Below are positions 53,421-64,000 of a stretch of 64,000 bases of DNA, piece after piece. Below the pieces are notes generated by a model. It was not told the DNA's origin. It saw only the letters and a list, made by a program, of their open reading frames with translations, and did no database searches. The stretch is from Felis catus. Taxonomy: Eukaryota. Positions within the stretch are counted from its first letter, which is position 1; every line of letters starts with the position of its first letter. The translations under genes and the position numbers were made by a program. The stretch covers positions 136,216,001-136,280,000 of the forward strand of contig NC_058368.1 of NCBI RefSeq assembly GCF_018350175.1. Reading direction: 5' to 3'.

Positions 53421-54433
53421 AAAGAAGCCAGGTATAAATTGCAGGTAGACCTCGTCATCAAGCTCCCTGGCTTGGCAGGTGCATGAACCCCTCTTTGTGC
53501 TGCCAGACCTCAAATCCAGAGAGGCAGGAGGCTACGGGAGCAGTCTAGTAGGTAGGAGAAAGAAGACAGGTACAGCATTTCTACTTTCCTGTCAATAGCA
53601 CCACTGCGCCTTAAGAAAAGTTGGGGAAAGGAGCTACATTTGCCTCAGTTTTTCCTTCATTCCCTTCTCACTGAGAGCTTACTGTGGTTAGATTGATGGC
53701 ACTCAGTGTTGTGAGTAACACAGAAAAATTTCAGGCCTGGTCTCTCCCCTCAGGATTAATAATTTCATTACGTAGATAAGAGAAACCAAAGAGCTAAAAA
53801 GCAATTACAAAATGAATATGCTACCTTGCTTCCAGCTTTCCAACTCGAGGCAATAGGAGGAGTGGTTAAGGGAGCGGTGTTGTGCTTAGGACACCTAAGT
53901 TGTGTGTTCTGCATGCGTGGAACAGAGCACTCGTTTCTTTACGGTGAGCACATGCGTGTAAGCAGACTTGCTGTGGTCCTCTCTGATCGATAGCATGGGC
54001 CGTTGCAGGCAGACGTTAGTGTGGGAGGAGGAGGGAGGGAGGCCGTGGCAGGCAGCCGGGAGGGAGGAGCACGCCAGTGGAACAGGTGGGTGGAATACAA
54101 GGTGGACTGCCACTGTTTGTGGTTGCTTAACGGGAGAAGGAAATGAAGATATCATTGGACGAGCAGTAGTATAAAAATTTTTTTGATTTAAAAAAAGTTA
54201 TCTGGTGCCCATAAACACTGTAGGCAGTATGCCAAGTTGGGCTGTAGGTTCCAGAATTCATCTTCTGTTTGCCTTACTTACTGCTGTTGTGACTGGACCA
54301 ACTACGTACTTCCCTGAGCCTCATGTCTTCATGTGTAAATGAAGATAATAATAGTTCCCACCTCCTAGCAGTGCCTGAAGCCTGCTAAGCACCCTGTTGC
54401 TACTAGCTATTATTACTAATAATAACCTGTTTA

Positions 54434-54663
54434 TTTATTTATTTTTTTAATTTTTTTTTTCAACGTTTATTTATTTTTGGGACAGAGAGAGACAGAGCAT
54501 GAACAGGGGAGGGGCAGAGAGAGAGGGAGACACAGAATCGGAAACAGGCTCCAGGCTCTGAGCCATCAGCCCAGAGCCTGACGCGGGGCTCGAACTCACT
54601 GACCGCGAGATCGTGACCTGGCTGAAGTCGGACGCTTAACCGACTGCGCCACCCAGGCACCCC
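54434..54663 (-). mobile_element. Young felid CanSINE with TSD
   Basis: TSD AATAATAACCTGTTTA at 54418-54433 and 54664-54679. Confidence 0.92.
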
Positions 54664-56620
54664 AATAATAACCTGTTTAAAATCATGAGATAATGATTAA
54701 GCGGTGATGGCTTGGTTTTTGTTTTTTTTAACAGTGTAATAGATTGCTTTGGGTTTTCTCTGTCTTTGTAAATACATATATTTAAAAAAATTTCTAATGT
54801 TTATTTGTTTTTGAGAGAGAAACAGAGCACAAGTGGGGGAAGGGGCAGAGAGAGAGGAGACACAGAATCTGAAGCAGGCTCCAGGCTCTGAGCTGTCAGC
54901 ACAGAGCCCGATGCAGGGCTCGAACCCACAAACCACGAGATCATGACCTGAGCCAAAGTCAGATGCTTCACCGACTGAGCCACCCAGGTGCCTCTTTGTA
55001 AATCCATATTTAAACCTTTAGTCATCCTGAGGAGTTAATTTGACATAAAGACTTTCATAATATAGTGTCTCATCAAAGGTTTCCCTTTCCTGCTGTTTTC
55101 ATGAATACTAGGCAGTTTTGAAAAGAAAGCATTTTATTTTAAATATTTACTGATTTGGAAGTAGTTCCTTCTGCTGCTGTTTGCTTACTGAATTATTACA
55201 GTGCAGCTAGAAGTCAGCAATTATAGCTGGCATTATGTATGAAGCATTTAAAAGATATGGTTGTAAAATGTCATATTAAGTTAAAAAAACTGAAGGGTCT
55301 AGTATCTGCAGTGTGTGTGGGGCTGTAGGACTAAACACGGTCTCTATGCTCATTTGGAAACACCCAGTCCAGAGGTAGAGAGTGCCTTGGAACCACCATG
55401 AGAACCCATTTCTAAGAAATATCTATCAAGGGTTTGGCATTTTTTCCTAGACAGGACATCACAATTATCACAATTTAGTTGTAGCAGATTAGTCCTTACT
55501 CATAAAATGAAGAAAAATTTTATTTTTTTCAGGTACATATTTTTGTCTGTGTTTATCATCATTTTAGTTAGTTTAAAAAATTTTTTTTAAGTTTATGTAT
55601 TTATTTTGAAAGAGAGCAGGGGAGGGGCGCAGAGAGAGGGAGAGAGAATACCAAGCAGGCTCTGCGCTGCCAGGGTAGAGTAGGGTAGAGGTGAGATTGT
55701 GACCTGAGCCAAAATCAAAAGTTGGACACTTAACCGACTGAGCTACCCAGGCACCCCTTATTTATTTATTTTTTAAAAGATTTTATTTTTAAGTAATCTC
55801 TCCATTCAACGTGAGGCTTGAACTTAATACCCCCAGATCAAGAGTCACATGCTCCACTGACTGAGCCAGCTAGGTGCCCCTACAGTTATTTTTAATATTA
55901 TATTACAGAGTCATATCTACCTGTGAGATAACAAGCCATCTATCTAATCAGAATAAAACTAATAGAGCAAGCCCATGCATCATTCACACCGAACTTGAAA
56001 TTGAGTGGGAACTTCAGTGGCCCTTATCACACTTCTATTATCAATACCCAGTTTTACCATTGATCCAAGGGACAGGGTCTTCAAGCCTTTGTATGTTACC
56101 TATAGCAGCTTACTCTTAGGGTGTAACTTTGTAAGGTGCTCCTCAGCTGTCTCTCTGAAATGAGAGACCATAGTTGGCATCTTTGTTAGGAGCTTAGTTA
56201 GTGACAAACACTTTGTTGTTATGGACTACATTATGCCGTCTGTGGTTGTTGAACTTTAATCATATACAGCTTTGTTTGAGGTGCATGGGAGCAGCATTAA
56301 ATAGAAGTCCTCATCAGCAAGGCTCTCTGGTCTAGTAGAAGAAGGTCAAGATTAAGAAATAGAAGGTGTGGATTCTTATACAGCTACTGCTGGTCCTAGG
56401 GCAAGGGACTTAATTTAAGTATACCTCAGTTTTTCCTGTTTGTGAAATAAGGATAATACCGTTCTGCCACGGCCATTGTGAGAATCAAATTAGATGACAT
56501 GTATTGAAGTATTTTGGAAGTGAAATGATGCTATCCTTAAGTGAGAGAAGATATTTGGGGTTTAAGATACTTCTTTTCCTTTTCCCTGTTCTGATTATTT
56601 TAGTGTGCTTTACTCTGTAG

Positions 56621-56720
56621 AAAGTCTGGAGTATCCGACTACTATGCTTTGGATGATACTCATGCCCTTCACATAACTAGGAAGATTGTGAGGAATCTAA
56701 ATTATCAGAAGAAATTGGAT
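56621..56720 (+). CDS. MCCC2: MCCC2 exon 9
   Basis: TGTAG acceptor. Encodes [33 protein letters not shown]. Donor GAT|GTGAGT. 100 nt. Confidence 0.94.
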
Positions 56721-56831
56721 GTGAGTTGGTTATGTTCTTCTGTTTTTTATTTTATTGAAAAGCATTTTGACTTATGTTACCCTGAATAATGTCTTTTAAC
56801 AGGTTGATGTGGTTGTTTTGTATTTCTGCAG

Positions 56832-56927
56832 GTTTCCATTGAGCCTTCTGAAGATCCTTTGTTTCCTGCTGATGAATTGTATGGAATAGTTGGCACTAAC
56901 CTTAAGAGGAACTTTGATGTCCGAGAG
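56832..56927 (+). CDS. MCCC2: MCCC2 exon 10
   Basis: Follows a 111-nt intron. CTGCAG acceptor. Encodes [32 protein letters not shown]. Donor GAG|GTGTGT. 96 nt. Confidence 0.94.
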
Positions 56928-57544
56928 GTGTGTGGAGTGGAACTGTGAGCTATAAACCATGCTGTCAATCTCATTATATCCATTTGTAAGGCTGCAATCT
57001 GTTTAGATAGGTTGGTGCCTTAGAGCCTACTGTAGATCTCAGTAGGGAGTGACATATAAGGGAAAGATCTCTTACTAGAAGAGAGAGGGGGATTAAAATC
57101 CTCTTAATGGTTGGGAAGTTTTCATTGCACAGTGATGAAACTTGCTTTGTTCAAAAATAGGACTCATTATTCCTGTGGAACTTAGGAATGATGTAGGTTA
57201 ACTTCATAATTTTCAGCTGTTTCTTTTTAGTGTTCTGATTTTGGGAAGTGGATGCAATGTCAGTAAGTTGTTGAAAGGAAAAAAACAGTACCGTTTTAAA
57301 TCAGTATGACATTAGCAGAGATTAGACTTTTGATTACAGTTGAAGCTGTTGCTATGGTTACAGATTGTCGACATGGTCTTCTTTGGTCTAGATTGACAAT
57401 TTTTAGTGCTTGCGTATAGCATGTAGTCTTTTATTTTGTTTGCTATCTGACAGAATATTTTTTAAATTAGGGAATTATCTTTTTTTTCAAATTAGGAAAT
57501 TATCTTACTATCAGATTCTGTGCCTTAGTTTTCCCCTTGACTAT

Positions 57545-57800
57545 ATCCATTTAGCAGTTGATGAACATTTGGGCTCTCTCCATATCTTATCTATTGTTGA
57601 TAATATTGCTGTCAACATCGGGGTGCCTGTGCCCCTCAAATCAGTATTTTTGTATCCTTTGGATAAATACCTAGTAGTACAATTGCTTGGTCATAGGGTG
57701 GTTTTACTTTTAATTTTTTTGAGGAACCTCCATGCTGTTCTCCAGAGTGCCTGCACCAGTTTGCATTCCCACCAGTGGTATAAGAGGGCTCCCCTTATCT
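57545..57800 (-). mobile_element. Short carnivore L1 fragment
   Basis: Similar to 37890-38130 (GGATAAATACCTAGTAGT...TTTTTGAGGAACCTCC). Confidence 0.8.
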
Positions 57801-58393
57801 TTTTGTTTTTCTTTAAACCGGATGAGAAAAGTGAGGCTCAGAGGACTTGAGGTAGCCAGGCTGTGACTCTGGTTTCACAGCTGTAGAGCCAGGAATCAGG
57901 GCTGGGTCTTCCTCTCAGCACTATTTGCTTAGGTTCATCGCATCCTCACAACCTTGTCCCACCTTTGCAGAGGTGAGAACTGAGACTCCCTCCAGGACAT
58001 TCAAGTCCTGTTGATCCCTTAGGTTGGAGGCTAAGTCTCCTGACTCTGAGCCTATCCCGTGCTTTGTGGTTGAATCCCTGACCCTCAGCTGATACTTTTG
58101 AGCAGCTCCTGGAGCTCTGAGTCCAGCGTGCAGCCCTTACAGTCTCTCTGCTTCTCTGCTTTGTAACATGGTGCTGTTGCTCTGACCACGCAGTGTAAAA
58201 CCAGGGCCCAGAATGACTTCAGGGTATCAACCATGCATCTAAAGTGAAATTCTAGTGAGAAGACTTGCTGTGTAGGGTGAAATTCTGTGAAAGTAACAAC
58301 TTAAGCATGAATTTGTTTTCCTTATGACTAACGTTAATGCAAAAAATTCTTTTTAGTATAATATCTCAGGGACACTGTTATTTTTCTTCTTAG

Positions 58394-58483
<90 letters not shown>

Positions 58484-61400
58484 TGAAAATGTGAACATTT
58501 TCTTTTTTTTTAAAGATTTTATTAAAATTTTTTTAATGTCTTTTTTTTTTTTTTTTTTTTTTTTTTTGAGAGAAATAGAGTAGTGAGTGGGGGAGGCGCA
58601 GAGAGAGAGGGAGACATAGAATCTGAAGCAGCTCCAGGCTCTGAGCTGTCAGCTCATAGCCCAGTATTGGGCTCGAACTCCCGAACCGAACTATGAGATC
58701 ATGACCTGAGCCAAAGTCAGATGCTAAACAGACTGAGCCACCCAGGCGTCCCCTTAAAGATTTTATTTTTAAGCACTCTCTACACCCATCATGGGGCTTG
58801 AACTCACTATCCCGAGATCAAGAGTCACATGCTGTACTGAGTCAGCCAGTTGCCCCTGAACTTTTTCTATTACTTTGAAAATAAGTGATGTTTTATCTCC
58901 AGGTGTTGATGCACTTGGTGTGAGCTTTGTTATTTAGAGCAGGACAAGTATGTGGGTCTGTATTCAAAAGGAGTTATTTTGTGAAGATGACTTGGAGCTG
59001 AACAGCTTCGTAGATCCAGAGGGTTTAGTATGATGATGGCTGGATGCTGTGGTGCAGGACCTTGTCTGTGACTTGGTGGAATTCACTGTGTAAAGACCCG
59101 TTACCACAGTAAAATCAGTGGGAGCATTTGTAGTTCTTTTTGTTTGGATAATTTGGTTTTTTTTTTTAATTAAAATTTTTTTTAACATTTATTCATTTTT
59201 GAGAGTGAGAGAGACAGAGTGTGAGTCGGGGAGGGGCAGAGAGAGTGGGAGACACAGAATCCGAAGCAGGCTTCAGGCTCTGAACTGTCTGCACAGAGCC
59301 TGATGTGGGGCTCAAACTCACAGACCGCAAGATCATGACCTGAGCTGAAGTCGGACACTTAACCAACTGAGTCACCCAGGTTTCCCTTGTTTGGATAATT
59401 TGTAATTATTTTGAAAATTTCAGCACTGTTTCCTTGGTTCTTTAGTCTCTAATTCAACTGGGAGGTTTTATATAATGTCCTTCCTAGAAGGACCTTCTCA
59501 TAGCCTCTGTGTGGGTCTAATGTCAAATCATGTAAACACTAGACCGAGAATACAGGACAGAAAACCACGTCTGAAAAAACAAATAAGTCTATTTATAAAA
59601 GTTCATTCATTCATCTAAAGTGTTAAGTTTGCAGGCTCTGGAAGAAAAGCGTTTGAAACATAGAGGCTAGACCCATAATAATCTATCTTGGACGAATGGC
59701 AAAACGAATTCTCTGAATTTTATTTGGTCTTATGAAAGCTAGAAAATGTAGTAAGTAATGTGAAGGCAACATATCAGAGTGAAAAAAAAAATAACTCTAA
59801 AAAATCCAAATTGCAAATCTACGTGGAGGCTTAGGATAAATCACAACACTTTCTCCTGGTGTGATTTATGAGCAATAAAAGCGTTCACACTGGGAGTGGA
59901 ATTTATGTTTTTGTATTGAGGTGTTTAAGTGATTAAGAGACTTTTGTTTGATATATAGACAGGATTTGTGGCCAAATAGTTCCGGATGTAACGCTCACTG
60001 TGCAGCGGTTTGAAACAAGTCAGAGCTGTTTCTGCTTCTTTTCCAAAGATGGATGGGCTGTCCTTGTCATCTGTTTTTACCAGTTTGCCCCTTACTTGCT
60101 CAAAGACCTGTGGTACCTTTGTCCCGTAGAATACTGAGGGTATATGTAATTCCTCTGTCTTGAATTCAGATAAGATTGGAGAAAGGGAAGGGGAAGTGAG
60201 AAGTGAGAAGGAGAAGAGGGGAATGAATGGAGGTTGGTGACAGGAGGAAGTATTGGGGGGAGGAAGAACAGATTTCTCTGAGGATCAGGTATCCCTGGCA
60301 GCTCTTAAGAGTTTCTTCCTGCCTCTGCACCTGCCTAGGTATGCCCTAGTAGTTTCTTGGACATTTTGCTTTCCTGTTTGGCCCGAAGGAAGCCGGTGAA
60401 GGCACTTCCTCCGTGTCCCTGATATAGTGGGGCATGTGCCCATGGGCTTGGAGATCCCAAGCCAGGCTCAGGATGGGTTGAAAGTCTAAATAGCTCACAC
60501 AGGGCAGTATACCTTAGGAGCAGCACCACACTGCCAAGAGATGTGCAGGTTCCCAGCTGGTTTTGTGGGGGTGGGGCACAAAAGTGGAAGCGGATTGCTA
60601 GACCTTTGGAGAAGGTCACCCCTTTGCACTGTCTCTGTAAGTGGCATTGCCATTTAAGAAATGCAGCATAGGCTTTTGGCTGGGATTTTAGGACTGAAAG
60701 ATTAAGAAAACCAAGACAACGCCAGAGTAAAGAACAAAAAAACAAGTTTTTAAAAATTCAGTGTTCTGGCATATCAGCAGGTTGACACTCTCTCTTATCC
60801 ATTAATTTTCCTTCAACAATTTTTCGAGCCCCTGCTTTGTGTCACACACCACTTTGTGTCGCACACCACACGCCGAGCGTCTCAGCTGGCAGCCGGTGTA
60901 TCTTGAGCTTGAAGACAGAGCGGGGTCCCCAGGCGCTTTGGGAGAGTGCTTTGTCAACAAGCACTGTTTGTTGGCTCTTGGGTTCCAAGTGTTTGATACC
61001 TATTTAGAGTCCTCGTTTGGCTTGTTGCAATTCACTCTTGGGAAGATCTCTGTAGTTTTTCAGGTTTACAAAGCCTCCTGAAATCCCCTCAGGTGTCTCC
61101 CTCACATACTAATCGTTTTCCCCCTTTTTCTTCTCCCTTTGTGTCTGTGTGTATGGAGAGTGGGTGTTTGCAGCGGTAGTGGGACTGGTGGTGAGGAATA
61201 AAGGAAGCTTTTAGAGAAAATGAAAGTGCAGTGGTTCATTGTGTGACCACCGGCCTCGACTGTGCTCCCGCTTTTGAAAGCAAGTTGGCCTGGGTGTTAC
61301 ATGTAAGCCAATTTAACAATAAATTATATTAAAAAAGAAAGAAAGAAAGAAAGGTGGCCTTTGCTGAGTTTATACCCTTTACCTCAAGGTCCTGTCATTG

Positions 61401-61819
61401 CCACAGGCACTTTCAGGCAAGCCAGTCACCTGAGAATGACAGATAGCTCTGAACATGGGCCTTTAAAGGGCTCTCCGCCTGTGATTTGTTCCATTTGTTC
61501 CTCTGTCTGGTACTTAGTAGGCACTCGGACATGCGTTACACAAATGAATGGGCAACACCCTACCCCATCATCGAACCAAACCAACCAGTCAGACAAAGTG
61601 ATAACTTTACAGGTAACACACTCCTTTCAAGGAAGCAAAGAACCTAGATTCTCCAGTACTTTAGAAAGAAGAAATTGTGACATGAGCTGTTCTGTACCCT
61701 AGACAGAATCCCCACGTTTTAAACTTTGATTTGAAATTAAAGAATGTGTAACTATGTCTGTTAGCTGTGAATTAAAAATCCTGTGGAATACATAAATCTT
61801 TTTTCAATTTTCTTTTGAG

Positions 61820-61896
61820 GATTTGCTAGAATATTTGGATACCCTATAGGTATCATTGGAAATAACGGAGTTCTCTTTTCTGAATCTGCAAAAAAG
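61820..61896 (+). CDS. MCCC2: MCCC2 exon 12 (GAG acceptor, GC donor)
   Basis: TTTTGAG acceptor. Encodes (G)[25 protein letters not shown]. Donor AAG|GCAAGT at 61897. 77 nt. Confidence 0.93.
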
Positions 61897-62308
61897 GCAA
61901 GTACTGTTAAACATGTTTCAGGATTTTCTGTTTTAAACTTTGAAGGTCAAGTAATGAATGAAAGTTTATTGCATGAAAACTTTAAAATATTTAACCAGAT
62001 GCCTTAGTAGGCAGAACACTGTATGTGCATGTGAGCATGTGTGTGTGTATGTTAGTGTTTGAAACTGTTTATATGGGGGTTTACATTAACATGTTTTATC
62101 TAGAGCATTATTTAAACAATGAAATGTTTCAGGGAAGTTTTGATACGACGCTTGAACTGTAAGTGCTGTGGATGACATGTATGTATCCTCAGGCTGTAGG
62201 AATACTTGTTTTAAAAGTGCTTATATTGTTTTAATTTTTACTAAAAGTTTTTTTCTTAATGTTTATTCATTTTGAGAGAGAGAGAAAGAGCTCAAGCGGG
62301 GGAGTGGC

Positions 62309-62341
<33 letters not shown>

Positions 62342-62837
62342 CAGATTCCCAAGCAGGCCCTTCCCTCCCAGCACAGAACCCATCCTGGGGCCCCATCTCA
62401 CAAACCATGAGATCATGACCTGAGCTGAAATCAAGAGTTGGGCAGTTAACTGACTGAGCCACCCAGGTGCCCCTCTGTTTTCTTTTAAAGTGGAAAACTA
62501 AGGAATTATAGTGAGGCTCAGGAATTCCCACTGACAAGCACTTCTAGTTTTTTGAGTTTCACTTGCTGTTTAGAATGTTAGTGATTGACTTCATCCCTAC
62601 AGCTGTGAGCCAGTGATCACACACATGACTGCAAACAAATGTAGTACAAACCATAGTCGATGTCCCATTGGCCGTGGGTCCACACGGGAGTATTATTGTT
62701 ACTGTTACTGTAAGGTCAAACTAGCTAAGCACAGGGTACACTTTCCTATTGCTGACCCAGGTATGGTGTTTGTAGGATGCATGATGGCTACAGATTTGTT
62801 CACCCCCCTTTAAAAAGATTACCTCATTTGCTTATAG

Positions 62838-62904
62838 GGGGCTCACTTCATCCAGTTATGCTGCCAAAGGAATATTCCTCTGCTGTTCCTTCAAAACATT
62901 ACCG
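62838..62904 (+). CDS. MCCC2: MCCC2 exon 13
   Basis: TATAG acceptor. Encodes GAHFIQLCCQRNIPLLFLQNIT(G). Donor G|GTAAGA. 67 nt. Confidence 0.95.
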
Positions 62905-64000
62905 GTAAGAAAATAGCTTAATCAGTTTTGTTGCATTATTCCAGAGATTAACTGTCCAGTAGGACTCAGATATTGGGCAGTGTAGACATAGAGCACTTCC
63001 ATTATAGCAAAAAGTTCAACTGGATACTGTTTGGTAGAGTCTCTTCAAGGGTTAACACTTCATGAATCTAAAATGAGATGTTTATCCCTATTTGGATAAA
63101 GCAGTTTCTCAGTTACATGTATCACAGTCAGAGGGCCTCCCTTTACTCCTACACACGCATACCTACGCCCCTTCCTCCCCCACCCTGGCAGGGCGCTATT
63201 CTCTCCCAGAAATACTGATCTCACTACCAGAGAGTGTTGTCTGGCCCATCATCTCTTTCCTAGCACTTTGTTTTCCATAAAGGATTTCAAGCACATGCTA
63301 TGCTCCTTCCTTTTCCTCATCTTTTATTGTGTGGTTAATTCTACCTGAAGTGACATACTAGAAAAGGTGTATGTACATCCTGAACAATAGTCTGAGGATT
63401 TGAGTTTGGACTCCAAAGAATGGTAAGATCAGTATCCCCTCTCTGGATTTCATGTTTCATAGATGATCTTAATAGGGTGGATGAAATGATTTTTAAGGTC
63501 TTCTGTGGTTGTAGAGTCCTTTTTCCTACAATTCTCTGTTACTTATCTTGTTTGTGGAACAGTGCCTAACCTATAGGGGGCACTTAGATATGGTGGTTAG
63601 CTGGAAGCCCCCCTCCTCCTGTCTTCAAAATGATCCCTGGTTATCTCAAGCTCAAAGGAAGGAGGGCTCTTAGTTAGTCATTAGAATCAGGCGAGCCTTC
63701 ACAAGAAAAAGGAGTTTGGCTCCTGCTAGTCAGCAGGGCATTAAACAGTCCTGTGCAAAAACATCTTGATCTGGTGCTTCCCTTAAGTTTATGATAGTTG
63801 ATTAGATGGATTTTGAGAGGCGTTATGTCCCAACAGCAGCCTGAGAGAGCACTTTGTGGCAAACCTTGTGGAAGGGCAGATAAAAAGAATTCTGAAGCTT
63901 CAGGGGACCTTGTTTCTAATAATTTGATCATTTATTAACCACCAGTAAGTTAAACCTTGTTCTTGGAAGTTACACCTACATTTCTGTTCTTTGGTTTTTC

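Noticed and set aside
56791..56831. Alternative acceptor TTTTAACAG at 56801-56802 in the 111-nt intron 9
   Set aside because: It would add 29 nt and shift the frame. TTTAAC more likely serves as the branch point for the acceptor at 56831.

Overview
This window is mammalian genomic DNA, almost certainly felid, judging by abundant cat-type CanSINEs and felid/carnivore L1 3' ends. It is dominated by one split gene on the + strand: MCCC2 or an MCCC2-like copy (3-methylcrotonyl-CoA carboxylase beta/carboxyltransferase subunit). A CpG-island promoter (~4330-4930) precedes exon 1 (ATG at 4669). I traced 13 coding exons by hand to 62904. They give 1216 nt of spliced CDS (405 codons plus 1 nt), with no stop or frameshift and with consistent phases; the remaining 3' exons lie beyond the window. 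Introns 5 and 12 use GC donors, and exon 12 also has a rare GAG acceptor. The rest of the window is intronic or intergenic repeat: about 60 CanSINEs, strongly antisense-biased inside the gene, plus L1, L2, MIR, solo LTRs, hAT transposon fossils and microsatellites. Nearly all ORFs in the supplied track are repeat artefacts. I found no convincing novel biological system. The best leads are the divergent MCCC2 protein (including Trp at an expected Arg180), the weak splice sites, and two sites where SINEs inserted twice at the same target. Repeat family names and human comparisons are recalled from memory, not searched.
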